Positions 45,199 through 55,415 of a DNA stretch of 64,000 bases are shown here, one piece after another. Position 1 is the first letter of the stretch; every line of letters begins with the position of its first letter. A program made the translations under genes and the position numbers. The notes below the pieces were generated by a model that saw only the letters and a program-made list of their open reading frames with translations, had not been told where the DNA came from and ran no database searches. The stretch is from a virus (Duplodnaviria; Caudoviricetes): IMG/VR virus record IMGVR_UViG_2928510474_000005, positions 4,425 to 68,424 of that record. One strand, written 5' to 3'.

Positions 45199-47796
45199 AT
45201 GGCAATCGATTTAGTGGCTCGGTTATCCCTCGACGACCAACTGTCGAAACGGATGGGTAAAGTTACAAAAGGCGTAATGGCTGGTATGGCCGTAATCGGC
45301 GTTGGTGTCGGTGTAGCAATCAATAAATTCGTCGAATTCGATAATCAGATGCGGAAGGCGGGCGCAATAGCCGGCGCGACCACTACGGAATTTAACACTA
45401 TGAAAGAGGCAGCAATTGATATGGGCGCACAGACATCGAAAAATGCTACGGAAGTTGCGGAGTCAATGGCAGAACTTGCGGCGAAAGGATTCGACGCTAA
45501 TCAAACAATCGCAGCTATGCCGGGTATTATCGCAGCATCCGAAGCATCCGGTGAATCACTCGCAATCGCGGCAGACACCGTTTCGTCAGCGCTTAACATT
45601 TGGGGACTCGAAGCAGCGGAAGCGGGACACGTTGCGGATGTTCTTGCGATGGCGGCGAACGTATCGGCGGCGGGCATTGGTGATTTACAGCAGGCGTTTA
45701 AATACGCAGGTGCCCCGGCGGCGGCGCTCGGAATCACAATGGAAGAAGTCGCGGCTTCGATCGGAATCATGACGGATGCAGGACTCGACGGAAGTGGCGC
45801 GGGTACATCATTACGGACTTCGTTGTTGAAATTAAACAACCCGGCAAAAGCGCAATTGAAGATTATGGATAAACTCGGATTCTCGCTGACCGACAGCGCA
45901 GGCGAAGCGAAATCTCTGTCGCAGATGGTCGGGGATTTAACGAAATCTACTAAAGGGCTATCAGACGCGGATAAAGTCGCCACGATAGGTAAACTAGTGG
46001 GCACCGAAGCGGTATCCGGATTCCTTGCGCTTATGGCGGCTGGCCCGAAGGTAATCGACGAAATGTCGGCAGCACTCGTCAACTCCGACGGTGCTGCCGC
46101 TAAAACTGCTGCAGAAATGATGGCGGGAATAGGCGGAGCACTCGAAGCGCTCGGTGGAGCAATAGATTCCTTTGCGTTACGGATAGGCGATAAGTTGGCG
46201 CCTTACATTACGATACTAGCGAATAAGTTGTCGGACGTAGATATAATGCCGTTTATCGACGGATTCACAAAAGCGGTCGATGTGGCGGTAGCATTCGCGA
46301 AAGCAATCGCAGGTAGTTGGGGATCGATTAAGGGCGTAGTACTGCCGATTGTCAAGGCGCTAGTAATATTCGGCGCTATTATCGCAACAATCGCAGTAGG
46401 AACATCTGTTTTCGCAGCTATCGGTACGGCAATAGCGTTCCTTGTGTCGCCGGTTGCCTTAGTAGCGCTAGGAATTACGGCGTTAGTCCTCGGATTCCAA
46501 GCCGCATACAAACATTCGGAGGGATTCCGAAAAGCTATTGACGGCGTAATCGGAACGATAAAAGGACTATTCGCTATCCTCTCCGGAAATAGCCAGGAAG
46601 GCTCCGACATCATGCGTGCGGCCGGACTAGACATATCAAAGGTCCGGGGTATTCACGACTTCGCTAAAGGCGTAAAAGACGCTTTCGGAAAAGTTAGCGC
46701 AGTATTCAGCGGAGTTTCGAAAATCTTCGGGGGAGAGCATAAGGGCGCTATCGACGTTCTAGCTGGCGCAGGCTTTTCGGCGAATCAAATTGAGGTCGTC
46801 CGAGCATTTGGGTACGGATTGAAAACTGCATTCGACCGCATTAAGACAGTACTCGACGGGCTCGGTACATTAATTTCCGGTGGCGGTTCGTCGAATTTAC
46901 TTGAAGCTCTCGGATTCTCTCCGGCGGCAATTGCGAGTATTCAATCATTCGTCGAGATGGTCAAAACGAAGATTGGCGAATTTGCAATGTTTCTTGCGGC
47001 GAAATGGGAAGTAATTAAGCCCGGCGTAATGTCGTTACTGGCGGCATTTATGAGCCTCAAAGATACGGCCATAAGCATATTCACGACGTTATGGGGCGTT
47101 CTTTCACCGATATTTAGCGCCGTTATGAATGCCTTGACGATAGTCGCGGACATTGCAGTAATGGTGTTCAAAAATATCATCGTGCCGGCAGTCTTGTATG
47201 TAATTTCGGTATTTCAAATGTGGTGGAAAATCGTTGGCCCGATACTTGCGTTGATCGGGTCGGCTATTGGCGTCGCATTCGCAATATTAAAGGTCGCGTG
47301 GGATACCATAATTGCGCCATTCGCTAACTTCCTAACAACGATTTTCAAAGCTGCGCTAGAATCCGTATCACCGTTAATCGAAGGCATCGGAGGTATGTTC
47401 GACTGGCTTGGCGGAATCATCAAAACAATCGCAGGATGGTTCGATACTTTTACGTCAGCACTCGGAAAGTTTAAGGTCCCGAACTGGCTATCGAAACTAG
47501 GCGGCGGAGGAACTGTTAAATTCGAAGAAACAACGACGGAAGCGAAAGGTAAATCGAATTATCACGGCATCGACTACGTTCCTAAAAATAATTACTCTGC
47601 CGATTTGCATCGCGGGGAAGCCGTCCTGACTGCAGCGGAGAATAAAGAACGTAAGCAAGGTGGTGGCGGAAGTAATGACGGAGGGCTAACGGTCGTCTAC
47701 CAAGGCGGCCCGAAATTAGACGAGTCGGATATGCATAGATTCAGCGACTTCCTACTCAATCAACTAACAGCAGCGGAAGGAGGCGGAGGGTATTGA
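45199..47796 (+). CDS. Tape measure protein (TP901 type)
   Basis: EFDNQMRKAGAIAGAT, ADVLAMAAN, FKYAG, GTSLR; Ala/Gly-rich amphipathic repeats. Confidence 0.93.
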   Translation: MAIDLVARLSLDDQLSKRMGKVTKGVMAGMAVIGVGVGVAINKFVEFDNQMRKAGAIAGATTTEFNTMKEAAIDMGAQTSKNATEVAESMAELAAKGFDANQTIAAMPGIIAASEASGESLAIAADTVSSALNIWGLEAAEAGHVADVLAMAANVSAAGIGDLQQAFKYAGAPAAALGITMEEVAASIGIMTDAGLDGSGAGTSLRTSLLKLNNPAKAQLKIMDKLGFSLTDSAGEAKSLSQMVGDLTKSTKGLSDADKVATIGKLVGTEAVSGFLALMAAGPKVIDEMSAALVNSDGAAAKTAAEMMAGIGGALEALGGAIDSFALRIGDKLAPYITILANKLSDVDIMPFIDGFTKAVDVAVAFAKAIAGSWGSIKGVVLPIVKALVIFGAIIATIAVGTSVFAAIGTAIAFLVSPVALVALGITALVLGFQAAYKHSEGFRKAIDGVIGTIKGLFAILSGNSQEGSDIMRAAGLDISKVRGIHDFAKGVKDAFGKVSAVFSGVSKIFGGEHKGAIDVLAGAGFSANQIEVVRAFGYGLKTAFDRIKTVLDGLGTLISGGGSSNLLEALGFSPAAIASIQSFVEMVKTKIGEFAMFLAAKWEVIKPGVMSLLAAFMSLKDTAISIFTTLWGVLSPIFSAVMNALTIVADIAVMVFKNIIVPAVLYVISVFQMWWKIVGPILALIGSAIGVAFAILKVAWDTIIAPFANFLTTIFKAALESVSPLIEGIGGMFDWLGGIIKTIAGWFDTFTSALGKFKVPNWLSKLGGGGTVKFEETTTEAKGKSNYHGIDYVPKNNYSADLHRGEAVLTAAENKERKQGGGGSNDGGLTVVYQGGPKLDESDMHRFSDFLLNQLTAAEGGGGY

Positions 47797-48452
47797 CGGT
47801 TGAATTTTGGCTATCGTATAACAGCGGAGCGGAAAAGCTTCGGCTACCCGTCAACCCTCCGTCGCTCGAAGTATCGTCGCCATTTGGCATAACCGACGTA
47901 GACATAACGCAGCTAGGCGAATTTAGCGTATTCGGAGAGCGTGGTCTTGCGGAGTTTTCGCTAGCTGCGTTCTTTCCGAATATATACAACCCGTCTTACT
48001 GCGAATATGCCGATTTCCCATTGCCTTCGGAATGCGTCCGAATCATCGAAGGTTGGCGCGATAAACGTAAGCCACTTCGCCTAGTCGTAACAGGCTCCGA
48101 TATTAATTACGCGGTAACGATTCGCGACTTTTCCTACGACGTTCAGCGCGCAGGCTCGGGCGGCGATATTTACTACTCGCTGTCGCTAAAGGAATACCGA
48201 TTCCTCGACGCCAAGAAAAGCGTAGCCGTAGCGGAGAAAGCGAAGCCAGCAGCAGCGAAAGCAGCAAAGCGTCCTCCTGTCGTAAATAAGGGCGCGGCTA
48301 AAAAAGCAACGTCGTACACTGTCAAATCGGGCGACACATTATCGAAGGCATTCGGCAAGGATTGGCGGAAAGTTTACGATGCCAATCGCAAGGTAATCGG
48401 CGCTAATCCGAATAAAATAGCGGTTGGCACGAAGCTGGTGATTCCGAAATGA
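47793..48452 (+). CDS. LysM-domain tail/baseplate protein (XkdP-like)
   Basis: RLPVNP, YSLSLKEYR, C-terminal YTVKSGDTLS...NPNKIAVGTKLVIP. Confidence 0.88.
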   Translation: MTVEFWLSYNSGAEKLRLPVNPPSLEVSSPFGITDVDITQLGEFSVFGERGLAEFSLAAFFPNIYNPSYCEYADFPLPSECVRIIEGWRDKRKPLRLVVTGSDINYAVTIRDFSYDVQRAGSGGDIYYSLSLKEYRFLDAKKSVAVAEKAKPAAAKAAKRPPVVNKGAAKKATSYTVKSGDTLSKAFGKDWRKVYDANRKVIGANPNKIAVGTKLVIPK

Positions 48453-49552
48453 CTTCGCGAATTATCTACTATCTAAACGGTAAAATGACGCCACTGGACG
48501 GACGCATAAAGTCGTTCGAAATCACCGGCGAAACAGCGACGGCATATCGGTCGTGCTCCGTATCGCTCAACAATACGACGGACGGGCGCAATCGCTCGCT
48601 AACGTTTAAGAATGGCGGCGAGATCCGCGTATTCGTTAATAACGTCGAACAGTTTCGAGGTGTCGTCTTCGATTTGGCGTTGAATACTAGCGGCGAGCAA
48701 TCACTAAAGGCGCACGACTATAACGTTTATCTGACGAAGAATAGCGATACGGTAAACATTCCCGACAAAACGGCGACGCAGATTGTTTCGATGATTTGCG
48801 GTAAATTCGGCATTAAGACAGGCGCACTCGCAAATACGCGCCACGTTATTCCGAAGTTTATTATGCGGGGCAAGACTGCCTACGACATCATCGTTACGGC
48901 GCTGACTATTACGCAGAAGGCGACTGGCAAGCGATATCGGCTGCGGAATCGCGCGGGATTGCTCGAACTCGTCGAAGTATCGGCGCAAGTTAAGCGGCTG
49001 TCGCTTGAGAACAAACGCAACATAATGAGCGCCAGTTATACGGAATCTATCGAGGACGTAAAGACGCGCGTTAAGCTGACTGGCGGCGACGAGAATAAGC
49101 CGGTTACAGTCGAAGTATCGGCGAGCAATGCGTCAACCTACGGAATCATGCAGCACTACGAGCACAACGGGGATGTTAAAACGGCGGCAAAGTTAAAGCC
49201 GTTGGCGCAGCAGTTACTCGCGGAACTTAATAAGCCGAAACAGGAATATACAATCGAAGCACTCGGCGACACCGACATAATCAGCGGTACATCCGTAATC
49301 GTCAGCGAATCCCTAACCGGAATGACTGGCGTTTTTTACGTTGCGCAAGATACGCACAAACACGAAGCAAACGGCTTTCACACGATGTCGCTCCGATTAT
49401 CGCGCGAACTCGAATTGCCTACGCAAGAGTACGATGCTCCGGAAGAACCGAAGCCTAAAAAGCCGAAGAAGAAAAAGAAATCGAAGAAGCTTACGAAGAA
49501 AGAAAAGGTGGCCAAGGCGAAAGCAAAGAAAGCGGAAGCCGCTAAAAAATAA
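48449..49552 (+). CDS. Baseplate hub (XkdQ/YqbQ-like) with Lys-rich tail
   Basis: YLTKNSD, SIEDVKTRVK, YGIMQHYE, HTMSLRL. Confidence 0.85.
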   Translation: MTSRIIYYLNGKMTPLDGRIKSFEITGETATAYRSCSVSLNNTTDGRNRSLTFKNGGEIRVFVNNVEQFRGVVFDLALNTSGEQSLKAHDYNVYLTKNSDTVNIPDKTATQIVSMICGKFGIKTGALANTRHVIPKFIMRGKTAYDIIVTALTITQKATGKRYRLRNRAGLLELVEVSAQVKRLSLENKRNIMSASYTESIEDVKTRVKLTGGDENKPVTVEVSASNASTYGIMQHYEHNGDVKTAAKLKPLAQQLLAELNKPKQEYTIEALGDTDIISGTSVIVSESLTGMTGVFYVAQDTHKHEANGFHTMSLRLSRELELPTQEYDAPEEPKPKKPKKKKKSKKLTKKEKVAKAKAKKAEAAKK

Positions 49553-49565
49553 CGGAGGTGATCGA

Positions 49566-50021
49566 ATGGAAAAGCGAGTATCGCCGGAAGGCTCGCAGTA
49601 TTCGCAAATATTGCAAATGATGAAGCGTAGAGGCGCGAGCAAGCCGGTGAGTATCGAACTTGCAACGGTCACTGCGGCGGTCCCGAATCTACAAATAACG
49701 TTGGATGCGGACGGCTTACCCCTCGAAAAAGCCGACTTAGTAGTCGCAGAACACTTAACGCGGCATGATCGAATAGTTTCGATTAACTACGAATATCCGA
49801 AAACGTGGACGAAAGCGGAAATAGGCGACGAGGCTAAAGATGCCGATTCCACGCGAAATAATATCGGATCCGATGCGATAACGCAGTTCGAAAATTACTC
49901 GATGAATTACGCAAGTATGACGTTTGAAGACGTTCTCAAAGTCGGCGACCGAGTTGTAGTCGCCTGCCTCGACGACGATATGGTCTACGTCATCCTCGAC
50001 AGGGCGGTGTGGTACGCATGA
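49566..50021 (+). CDS. Baseplate spike-like protein (XkdR/DUF2577-like)
   Basis: ATG at 49566 after SD GGAGGTG; LKVGDRVVV...YVILDR. Confidence 0.8.
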   Translation: MEKRVSPEGSQYSQILQMMKRRGASKPVSIELATVTAAVPNLQITLDADGLPLEKADLVVAEHLTRHDRIVSINYEYPKTWTKAEIGDEAKDADSTRNNIGSDAITQFENYSMNYASMTFEDVLKVGDRVVVACLDDDMVYVILDRAVWYA

Positions 50022-50440
50022 GCCTATTGCCAGATAACAAACCGGAACTACTCGACGCATATCTCGACGACGAAACGACAGCCGAGGCAGAACCCGCGTT
50101 TACCTACCGGATTAACTTCGGATCATCGCGGCTCGGCGGAATGGTCGACGGCAAGGACGCACTGAAACAATTCGTCGTCAAAGCGATATTAACGTGCCGT
50201 GCTCGCCATCGCATTTATACCGACGGCTACGGTTGCGAAATCGAAGACTTAATCGGCTCGGACGTTACGGAAGCCTTTATCCAAGCGGAAATCCCTCGAA
50301 TGGTCCGCGAAGCACTAATCTACGACGACCGCATCGACGACGTAACGAATATCCAAGTCACGCGGAAAGCGGACGCTATTTATATCATCGCTATGGTCGA
50401 ATCTATTTACGGCGATTTCACGCAGGAGGTGACGCTATGA
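50018..50440 (+). CDS. Baseplate wedge / sheath initiator (XkdS/DUF2634-like)
   Basis: DGKDALKQFVVKAI...RHRIYTDGYG...REALIYDDRI. Confidence 0.85.
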   Translation: MSLLPDNKPELLDAYLDDETTAEAEPAFTYRINFGSSRLGGMVDGKDALKQFVVKAILTCRARHRIYTDGYGCEIEDLIGSDVTEAFIQAEIPRMVREALIYDDRIDDVTNIQVTRKADAIYIIAMVESIYGDFTQEVTL

Positions 50441-51495
50441 CGGAAATATACGGTAACAGAACAGCCGAGGAAATACTCGACGAAATGCTGACGGCAGCAC
50501 GCGACGACGTTGACAAGCGCGAAGGCTCGATAGTCTTCGACATGCTTGCGCCACCGTCGGAAGAATTCGAAATGCTAGGCTACGAACTCGATGCGATATT
50601 TGCGCTCGGCTACGTAGATACTTCGGAAGGCGATGAGTTAAAACGGCGTACGAGCGAAATGGGCGTCGATTGGAAAGCGCCCATCGAGGCAGTCGGCGCG
50701 GTAACGATTTCAGGCGCGGATGGAACGGTTATTCCCGTCGGTTATACCGTATTTACTGACGGTGCCGAGCCGGTTTATTTCGAAGTAACAACGGCGGCTA
50801 CGATTACAGGCGGCTTTGCGACGGCGACAGTACGCGCGTTAGTCGGTGGTATCGCCGGCAATATTACGATTGGTGAGATTACGCAATTTACGGCGACTGT
50901 CGCAGGCATTACGTCGGTCACAAATAACGCGATATTTACAGGCGGCATTGACGGCGAAACAGACGACGAGTTGCGCGCTCGCTACTTGCATAAAGTCCGC
51001 AAGCCGATTACGTCAGGCAACGCATATCACTACGAATTATGGGCGACGGAAATCGAAGGTGTCGCAGCGGCGAAGATATTCCCGATTTGGAACGGTAACG
51101 GAACGGTGAAAGTCGTTGTTATCTCATCGGACGGACGAGCGCCTGACCAAACGGTACTAGACGCTGTGACAGCTTATATCGAAGAACAGCGACCAATTGG
51201 TGCAACGGTAACGGTTATTGCGATTAACGAAGTAGCGCTAGACATCGACGTAACGCTCGCACTCGAAGGCGACTTATTGCCGGCTGACGTTTTGAGCGCA
51301 ATTACATCGAGCATCGGCGCATATCTGCTAAGCGAAGCCGAGTCGGGCATCATCCGGTATCACCGCGTAGGTGAGGCGATTCTTGCCGTGGATGGCGTTA
51401 CGGATTACGAGTCGTTGGCAGTTAACGGAGGCACGTCGAACATTACGATAGACGCGGAATCCGTCGCAATTGTCGGCGAGGTGACGCTTGTATGA
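50437..51495 (+). CDS. xkdT: Baseplate J-like protein (XkdT)
   Basis: DKREGSIVFD, GGIDGETDDELRAR, SGNAYHYELWA, WNGNGTVKV; ATG at 50437. Confidence 0.92.
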   Translation: MTEIYGNRTAEEILDEMLTAARDDVDKREGSIVFDMLAPPSEEFEMLGYELDAIFALGYVDTSEGDELKRRTSEMGVDWKAPIEAVGAVTISGADGTVIPVGYTVFTDGAEPVYFEVTTAATITGGFATATVRALVGGIAGNITIGEITQFTATVAGITSVTNNAIFTGGIDGETDDELRARYLHKVRKPITSGNAYHYELWATEIEGVAAAKIFPIWNGNGTVKVVVISSDGRAPDQTVLDAVTAYIEEQRPIGATVTVIAINEVALDIDVTLALEGDLLPADVLSAITSSIGAYLLSEAESGIIRYHRVGEAILAVDGVTDYESLAVNGGTSNITIDAESVAIVGEVTLV

Positions 51496-52349
51496 CGAAA
51501 ATGAAACGTGAATTACTCGATTTGCTTCCGAGATTCTACGACGAGTCGCCGGAAGTTGACGCGATTATGGGCGCGAATGCAGTCGAGATTGATCGAGTTA
51601 GATCGGGCGCACGCGATGTATTAGCGCAATTCTTCGTGACATCGGCAGGCGCACACGGACTCGACGCATGGGAACGGGTTTTAGCGTTATCGCCACGACC
51701 GAACTCGACGGTAGACTTTCGTAGAAACCGAATACTCGCACGACTGAACGGCACAGCGCCGGCGACCGTGCGGAATCTGACGGACGTAGTTAACGCTCAC
51801 GTTGCCGGTAGGGACGCGCGGATTGTCGAGTATAACGGCGAGTATCGGTTTGAGGCGGAAATCCCCGCGGATAACGCGATTGATATGGCGCTGATATATC
51901 GGGCGGTCAACGAAGTAAAGCCGGCGCATTTGGCGTTCGGGATTACGGCGATTGTGCGTGAAGTTATTCGTCTGACTACGAAGCAATACGATTTTCCGGT
52001 GACATACCGAATTACGAATACGTTTAGAACGGCGGATATAACCGGCGGATTGGCGCGATTTGGCGTTGGTTTCGAAGTGAAGCCGTATGCGTTCGAGGTT
52101 ATATATCCGATTGCGAATATGTTTACGGTCGACGGCTATGCGGCGCAATTTAAAGAGGCTATCGGCATGGATGCGACGGCGAATAGCAACAAGGTAACGT
52201 ATGCGCGCGTGGGCGTTGCAACGGCGTGGGGCGGAGATTTAACGGCTACGGTGTTCGCTGATATCGGCGGGATTAAGGCATCGTCGAGCGGTAACGGGGT
52301 TTTATATCCGCGCGTAGGCGAGGCGGACGTAAGAAAGGGGATTAACTAA
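51492..52349 (+). CDS. Baseplate wedge protein (XkdU/DUF2313-like) with C-terminal extension
   Basis: LPRFY, QFFVTSA..GLDAWE, EVKPAHL. Confidence 0.85.
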   Translation: MTKMKRELLDLLPRFYDESPEVDAIMGANAVEIDRVRSGARDVLAQFFVTSAGAHGLDAWERVLALSPRPNSTVDFRRNRILARLNGTAPATVRNLTDVVNAHVAGRDARIVEYNGEYRFEAEIPADNAIDMALIYRAVNEVKPAHLAFGITAIVREVIRLTTKQYDFPVTYRITNTFRTADITGGLARFGVGFEVKPYAFEVIYPIANMFTVDGYAAQFKEAIGMDATANSNKVTYARVGVATAWGGDLTATVFADIGGIKASSSGNGVLYPRVGEADVRKGIN

Positions 52350-52648
52350 TGGCGATTATACAACCGATACTTATTGACCGCTTAATCAACTACTTGGACG
52401 AGCTAGTATTCCGAGGGAAAGTTAAATTAAACGGGCAGTTCGTGACGTACGACATATTTAAGACGGTTAGGGACGGCAACAAGCTACGGAAATACATCTA
52501 CTTGACGACGGAAATCGGGCTAGTCGAAGAGGCGCAGTTGCTAAGTAATAGCGGCGATGTGCTTGCGATTAAGCCGTTTTCTATCGAGAAATCGGATGAC
52601 GGATTGATACTAGCGTTCGAGTTTACGATTACAGTACAGGAGGGATAA
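52349..52648 (+). CDS. Baseplate-associated protein
   Basis: Position between XkdU-like and tailspike genes; coupled. Confidence 0.65.
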   Translation: MAIIQPILIDRLINYLDELVFRGKVKLNGQFVTYDIFKTVRDGNKLRKYIYLTTEIGLVEEAQLLSNSGDVLAIKPFSIEKSDDGLILAFEFTITVQEG

Positions 52649-52649
52649 C

Positions 52650-54605
52650 GTGGCTAACAACTATATACCGACGGATTGGAAAGACGAAATCGTGGATGGC
52701 GCAGGTAACGTTGTCCAAAAAGGTACGCCATTATCGGCGGCTAATTTAAAGAAGCTAGAGGCGGGCGTTGAAGGCGCAGTCGCAGCGGTTGTCGACAAGG
52801 TTGACGGGGCGGTATTCGAGCAATTTAAGACGGCGACTACTTCGCAGTTGGCGGATACTGCGTATTTTCCTGAACAATTCGCAGGTGCGACAGATAAAGA
52901 AAAAATAACAAATGCTTTTAGTTTTTTACAGGCGGGTAACACTTTAAAGTTAAAACCAAATAAATTTTATACGATTGACTCCCTAACTATTTCAAACAAG
53001 AGTGGGATTATTATAGATGGTCAAGGTTCTGAAATCCATTTAACAGATACTAGCAAAAGCGTGAAAGTAATCAACAGTACAGACGTTGTAATAAAAAATC
53101 TAAAAGTAAAAATGGTAACATCTGCGAGAAATTACGCTTCGGGAATTACACTTGAAAACGTAGATAATTTCATTGTAGAAGATTGTGAAATTGATGGGAG
53201 TAATGCGACAGGTATTATTTGTTGGAAGTGCAGTGAGGGCGTGATAAGAAACAATAAAGTAAAAAACACTTTAGCAGATGGTATTCACCTCACTAGGGGG
53301 TCTAGTAATATAGATGTTTATGGAAACACAGTCACGAATACCGGCGATGACGGGATAGCTGTCATATCATACCAATCTGATGGTGTGCCGAATAAAGAAA
53401 TAAATATCTATTCGAATAAAGTAGAGAAAACCGGTGCAAGAGGAATCACTGTTGGCGGAGGACAAGATATATCTGTATTCCTCAATGATGTAAAAGATAC
53501 GTATGTAAACGGAATATTAGTAATGTGCGAACAAGATTACCCCTTATTCGGATTTAACAACATTCATGTTTTTGGGAATAAGGTTAAAGGTGCAGGGGAA
53601 TACGGTAGCAACCCTTTACCTGTAGCTTCGATTTACATTCGAAACGACATTCTTTCTAACGGTTCATCTACCGTAACGGTTGGGGGAAATCAAACTAAAG
53701 GGGGAACTGGCGAAGGATTTAGAGCAATAAATGTGTCTAACCTTATTGTGTTTGATAATGTATTCGAAAATCTAGTTTATTTATTCAGTGACATATTTAA
53801 ATGTTCTGATGTTAACATGCATGACAATGTTTTTAAAGGTGTTGGGGGAGCCGTTATGCAAAATGGGCTAAATATTCGATATTGTTACGATGTAGACATC
53901 CACCATAACGGAATAGAAAACGCTGGACAAACTGGAATTTATGTAGTAGGTTCCGGGGCAGATATGTCACAAAATATCTCAGTTGACCACAACAAAATAA
54001 TTAATCCTAATACTTCTACAACTGCAATTAAAGATGGAATTGCTTTAGAGTATGTAAATGATTTGTCTATTGTTGGAAATGACATTAAAGTTGGAAACGC
54101 GTTGCGAACAGCTGTCATTGTCGCAAATAATTGTGCAGGAAGTATAGTTGTTGAAAACAACGGTTATACACCAGATGCAATATTTACTGGATCAATACCT
54201 ATTTTGGTGTCTGCTAATTCTATAAAGTCGCAACGTTCCAAAATAGGATATGGTGCTACTATTCCTACATCCGGTACTTGGCAACGTGGGGATATTATAT
54301 ATAATACAGTACCAGCAGCAAGTGGTTATCTTGGCTGGGTATGTACAACATTCGGAACAAACGGAAGCCTATTTAGTGTAACTGGTAGCATCACTACGGG
54401 GAGTAATGCCCTAACTGTTAATAATGTAACGGGCTTAACAATAGGGCGGTATATAACGATTGTCGGAGTTGCAGGGAAATTTAGAATAACAAAGATAAAC
54501 GATTTGACTGTAACACTAGATAATACCGCAAATGCAACAGTTGTAGGTGCTTCAGTTAGCTATTCAGCAGCCACCTTTAAAGGTTTCGGTTTAATAGAAG
54601 CTTAG
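52650..54605 (+). CDS. Tailspike / receptor-binding protein with right-handed parallel beta-helix (depolymerase-like)
   Basis: Baseplate-anchor N-terminus, TTSQLAD junction, then repeats such as NTLADGIHL, NTGDDGIAV, TGARGITV; AT-rich from ~52865. Confidence 0.85.
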   Translation: MANNYIPTDWKDEIVDGAGNVVQKGTPLSAANLKKLEAGVEGAVAAVVDKVDGAVFEQFKTATTSQLADTAYFPEQFAGATDKEKITNAFSFLQAGNTLKLKPNKFYTIDSLTISNKSGIIIDGQGSEIHLTDTSKSVKVINSTDVVIKNLKVKMVTSARNYASGITLENVDNFIVEDCEIDGSNATGIICWKCSEGVIRNNKVKNTLADGIHLTRGSSNIDVYGNTVTNTGDDGIAVISYQSDGVPNKEINIYSNKVEKTGARGITVGGGQDISVFLNDVKDTYVNGILVMCEQDYPLFGFNNIHVFGNKVKGAGEYGSNPLPVASIYIRNDILSNGSSTVTVGGNQTKGGTGEGFRAINVSNLIVFDNVFENLVYLFSDIFKCSDVNMHDNVFKGVGGAVMQNGLNIRYCYDVDIHHNGIENAGQTGIYVVGSGADMSQNISVDHNKIINPNTSTTAIKDGIALEYVNDLSIVGNDIKVGNALRTAVIVANNCAGSIVVENNGYTPDAIFTGSIPILVSANSIKSQRSKIGYGATIPTSGTWQRGDIIYNTVPAASGYLGWVCTTFGTNGSLFSVTGSITTGSNALTVNNVTGLTIGRYITIVGVAGKFRITKINDLTVTLDNTANATVVGASVSYSAATFKGFGLIEA

Positions 54606-54624
54606 AATAGGTATTTTATTCCTG

Positions 54625-54657
54625 TTTATTGTGGTATTTTAGTTATATCACAATAAA
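54625..54657. promoter_or_regulatory. 9-bp inverted repeat (operator or hairpin) containing an extended -10-like TGGTATTTT
   Basis: TTTATTGTG 54625-33 / CACAATAAA 54649-57, upstream of the acetyltransferase. Confidence 0.45.
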
Positions 54658-54667
54658 AGGATGGGGA

Positions 54668-55315
54668 ATGTTAATGAATAGCATAGATGAATTAAAAAAG
54701 TTGAGCTTGTTTAAATCTTTATTGTTTAATTTTAAGTATGTAAGAAACAATACCAGCAGTAGAATCGCCTGTTTTTTATATAAAAAGACAGTATTCGAAT
54801 TTGATAAGAGTAGTAAAATTATCATTAATAAGGGTAGATTAACTTTTAATAAATCTTTTCAGAAGAAAAATCCATTCTCAACGCTAGTAACCCTAAGGGA
54901 AAATTCTAAAATTGTAGTTAATGGTAGATTTCATTTTTATCGTGGTTCAGTAATTAGTATCGGAAACGATGCAACATTAGAGCTTGGAGATGCAAGCTAT
55001 TTGAATAGTCATTGCAAAATAATCTGTCAGGAAAAAATAACTATCGGAGATGGTGTTTTAATTGCTGACAATGTAGTAATTAGAGATTCAGATATGCATA
55101 AAATAATCGGTCAAAAGTCTGAAATATCAAAACCTATTCATATTGGGGATCACGTTTGGATTGGTGATGGCGCAAGAATCATGAAAGGCGTAACTATCGG
55201 CAATGGTGCTGTTGTTGCCGCTGGCGCAATTGTAACAAAAGATGTCCCTCCTAAAACACTAGTGGCTGGCGTACCCGCAAAAGTGGTAAGAAAGGATATT
55301 GAGTGGGAAGCATAA
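54668..55315 (+). CDS. Hexapeptide-repeat (left-handed beta-helix) sugar O-acyltransferase
   Basis: ITIGDGVLIADNVVIRDSDMH, IHIGDHVWIG, GVTIGNGAVVAAGAIVTKDVPP..LVAGVPAKVVR; AT-rich. Confidence 0.92.
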   Translation: MLMNSIDELKKLSLFKSLLFNFKYVRNNTSSRIACFLYKKTVFEFDKSSKIIINKGRLTFNKSFQKKNPFSTLVTLRENSKIVVNGRFHFYRGSVISIGNDATLELGDASYLNSHCKIICQEKITIGDGVLIADNVVIRDSDMHKIIGQKSEISKPIHIGDHVWIGDGARIMKGVTIGNGAVVAAGAIVTKDVPPKTLVAGVPAKVVRKDIEWEA

Positions 55316-55365
55316 ACAGAACAGTAGGAAGGAAACGGCGTAGTAAGCAATTTAATAAAATGAGA

Positions 55366-55398
55366 AGAAGTTCGCGAGGTATCTTGCGGGCTTTTTTG
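55366..55398 (+). terminator. Intrinsic terminator after the acetyltransferase
   Basis: AAGTTCGCGAG-GTAT-CTTGCGGGCTT followed by TTTT. Confidence 0.75.
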
Positions 55399-55415
55399 TA
55401 TTGGAGGCGATTCTT

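Noticed and set aside
49341-49565. Upstream extensions in track ORFs 49341, 50194, 61745, 22181 and 60345
   Set aside because: They overlap neighbouring genes or terminators; strong SDs point to starts at 49566, 50437, 61820, 22280 and 60423.
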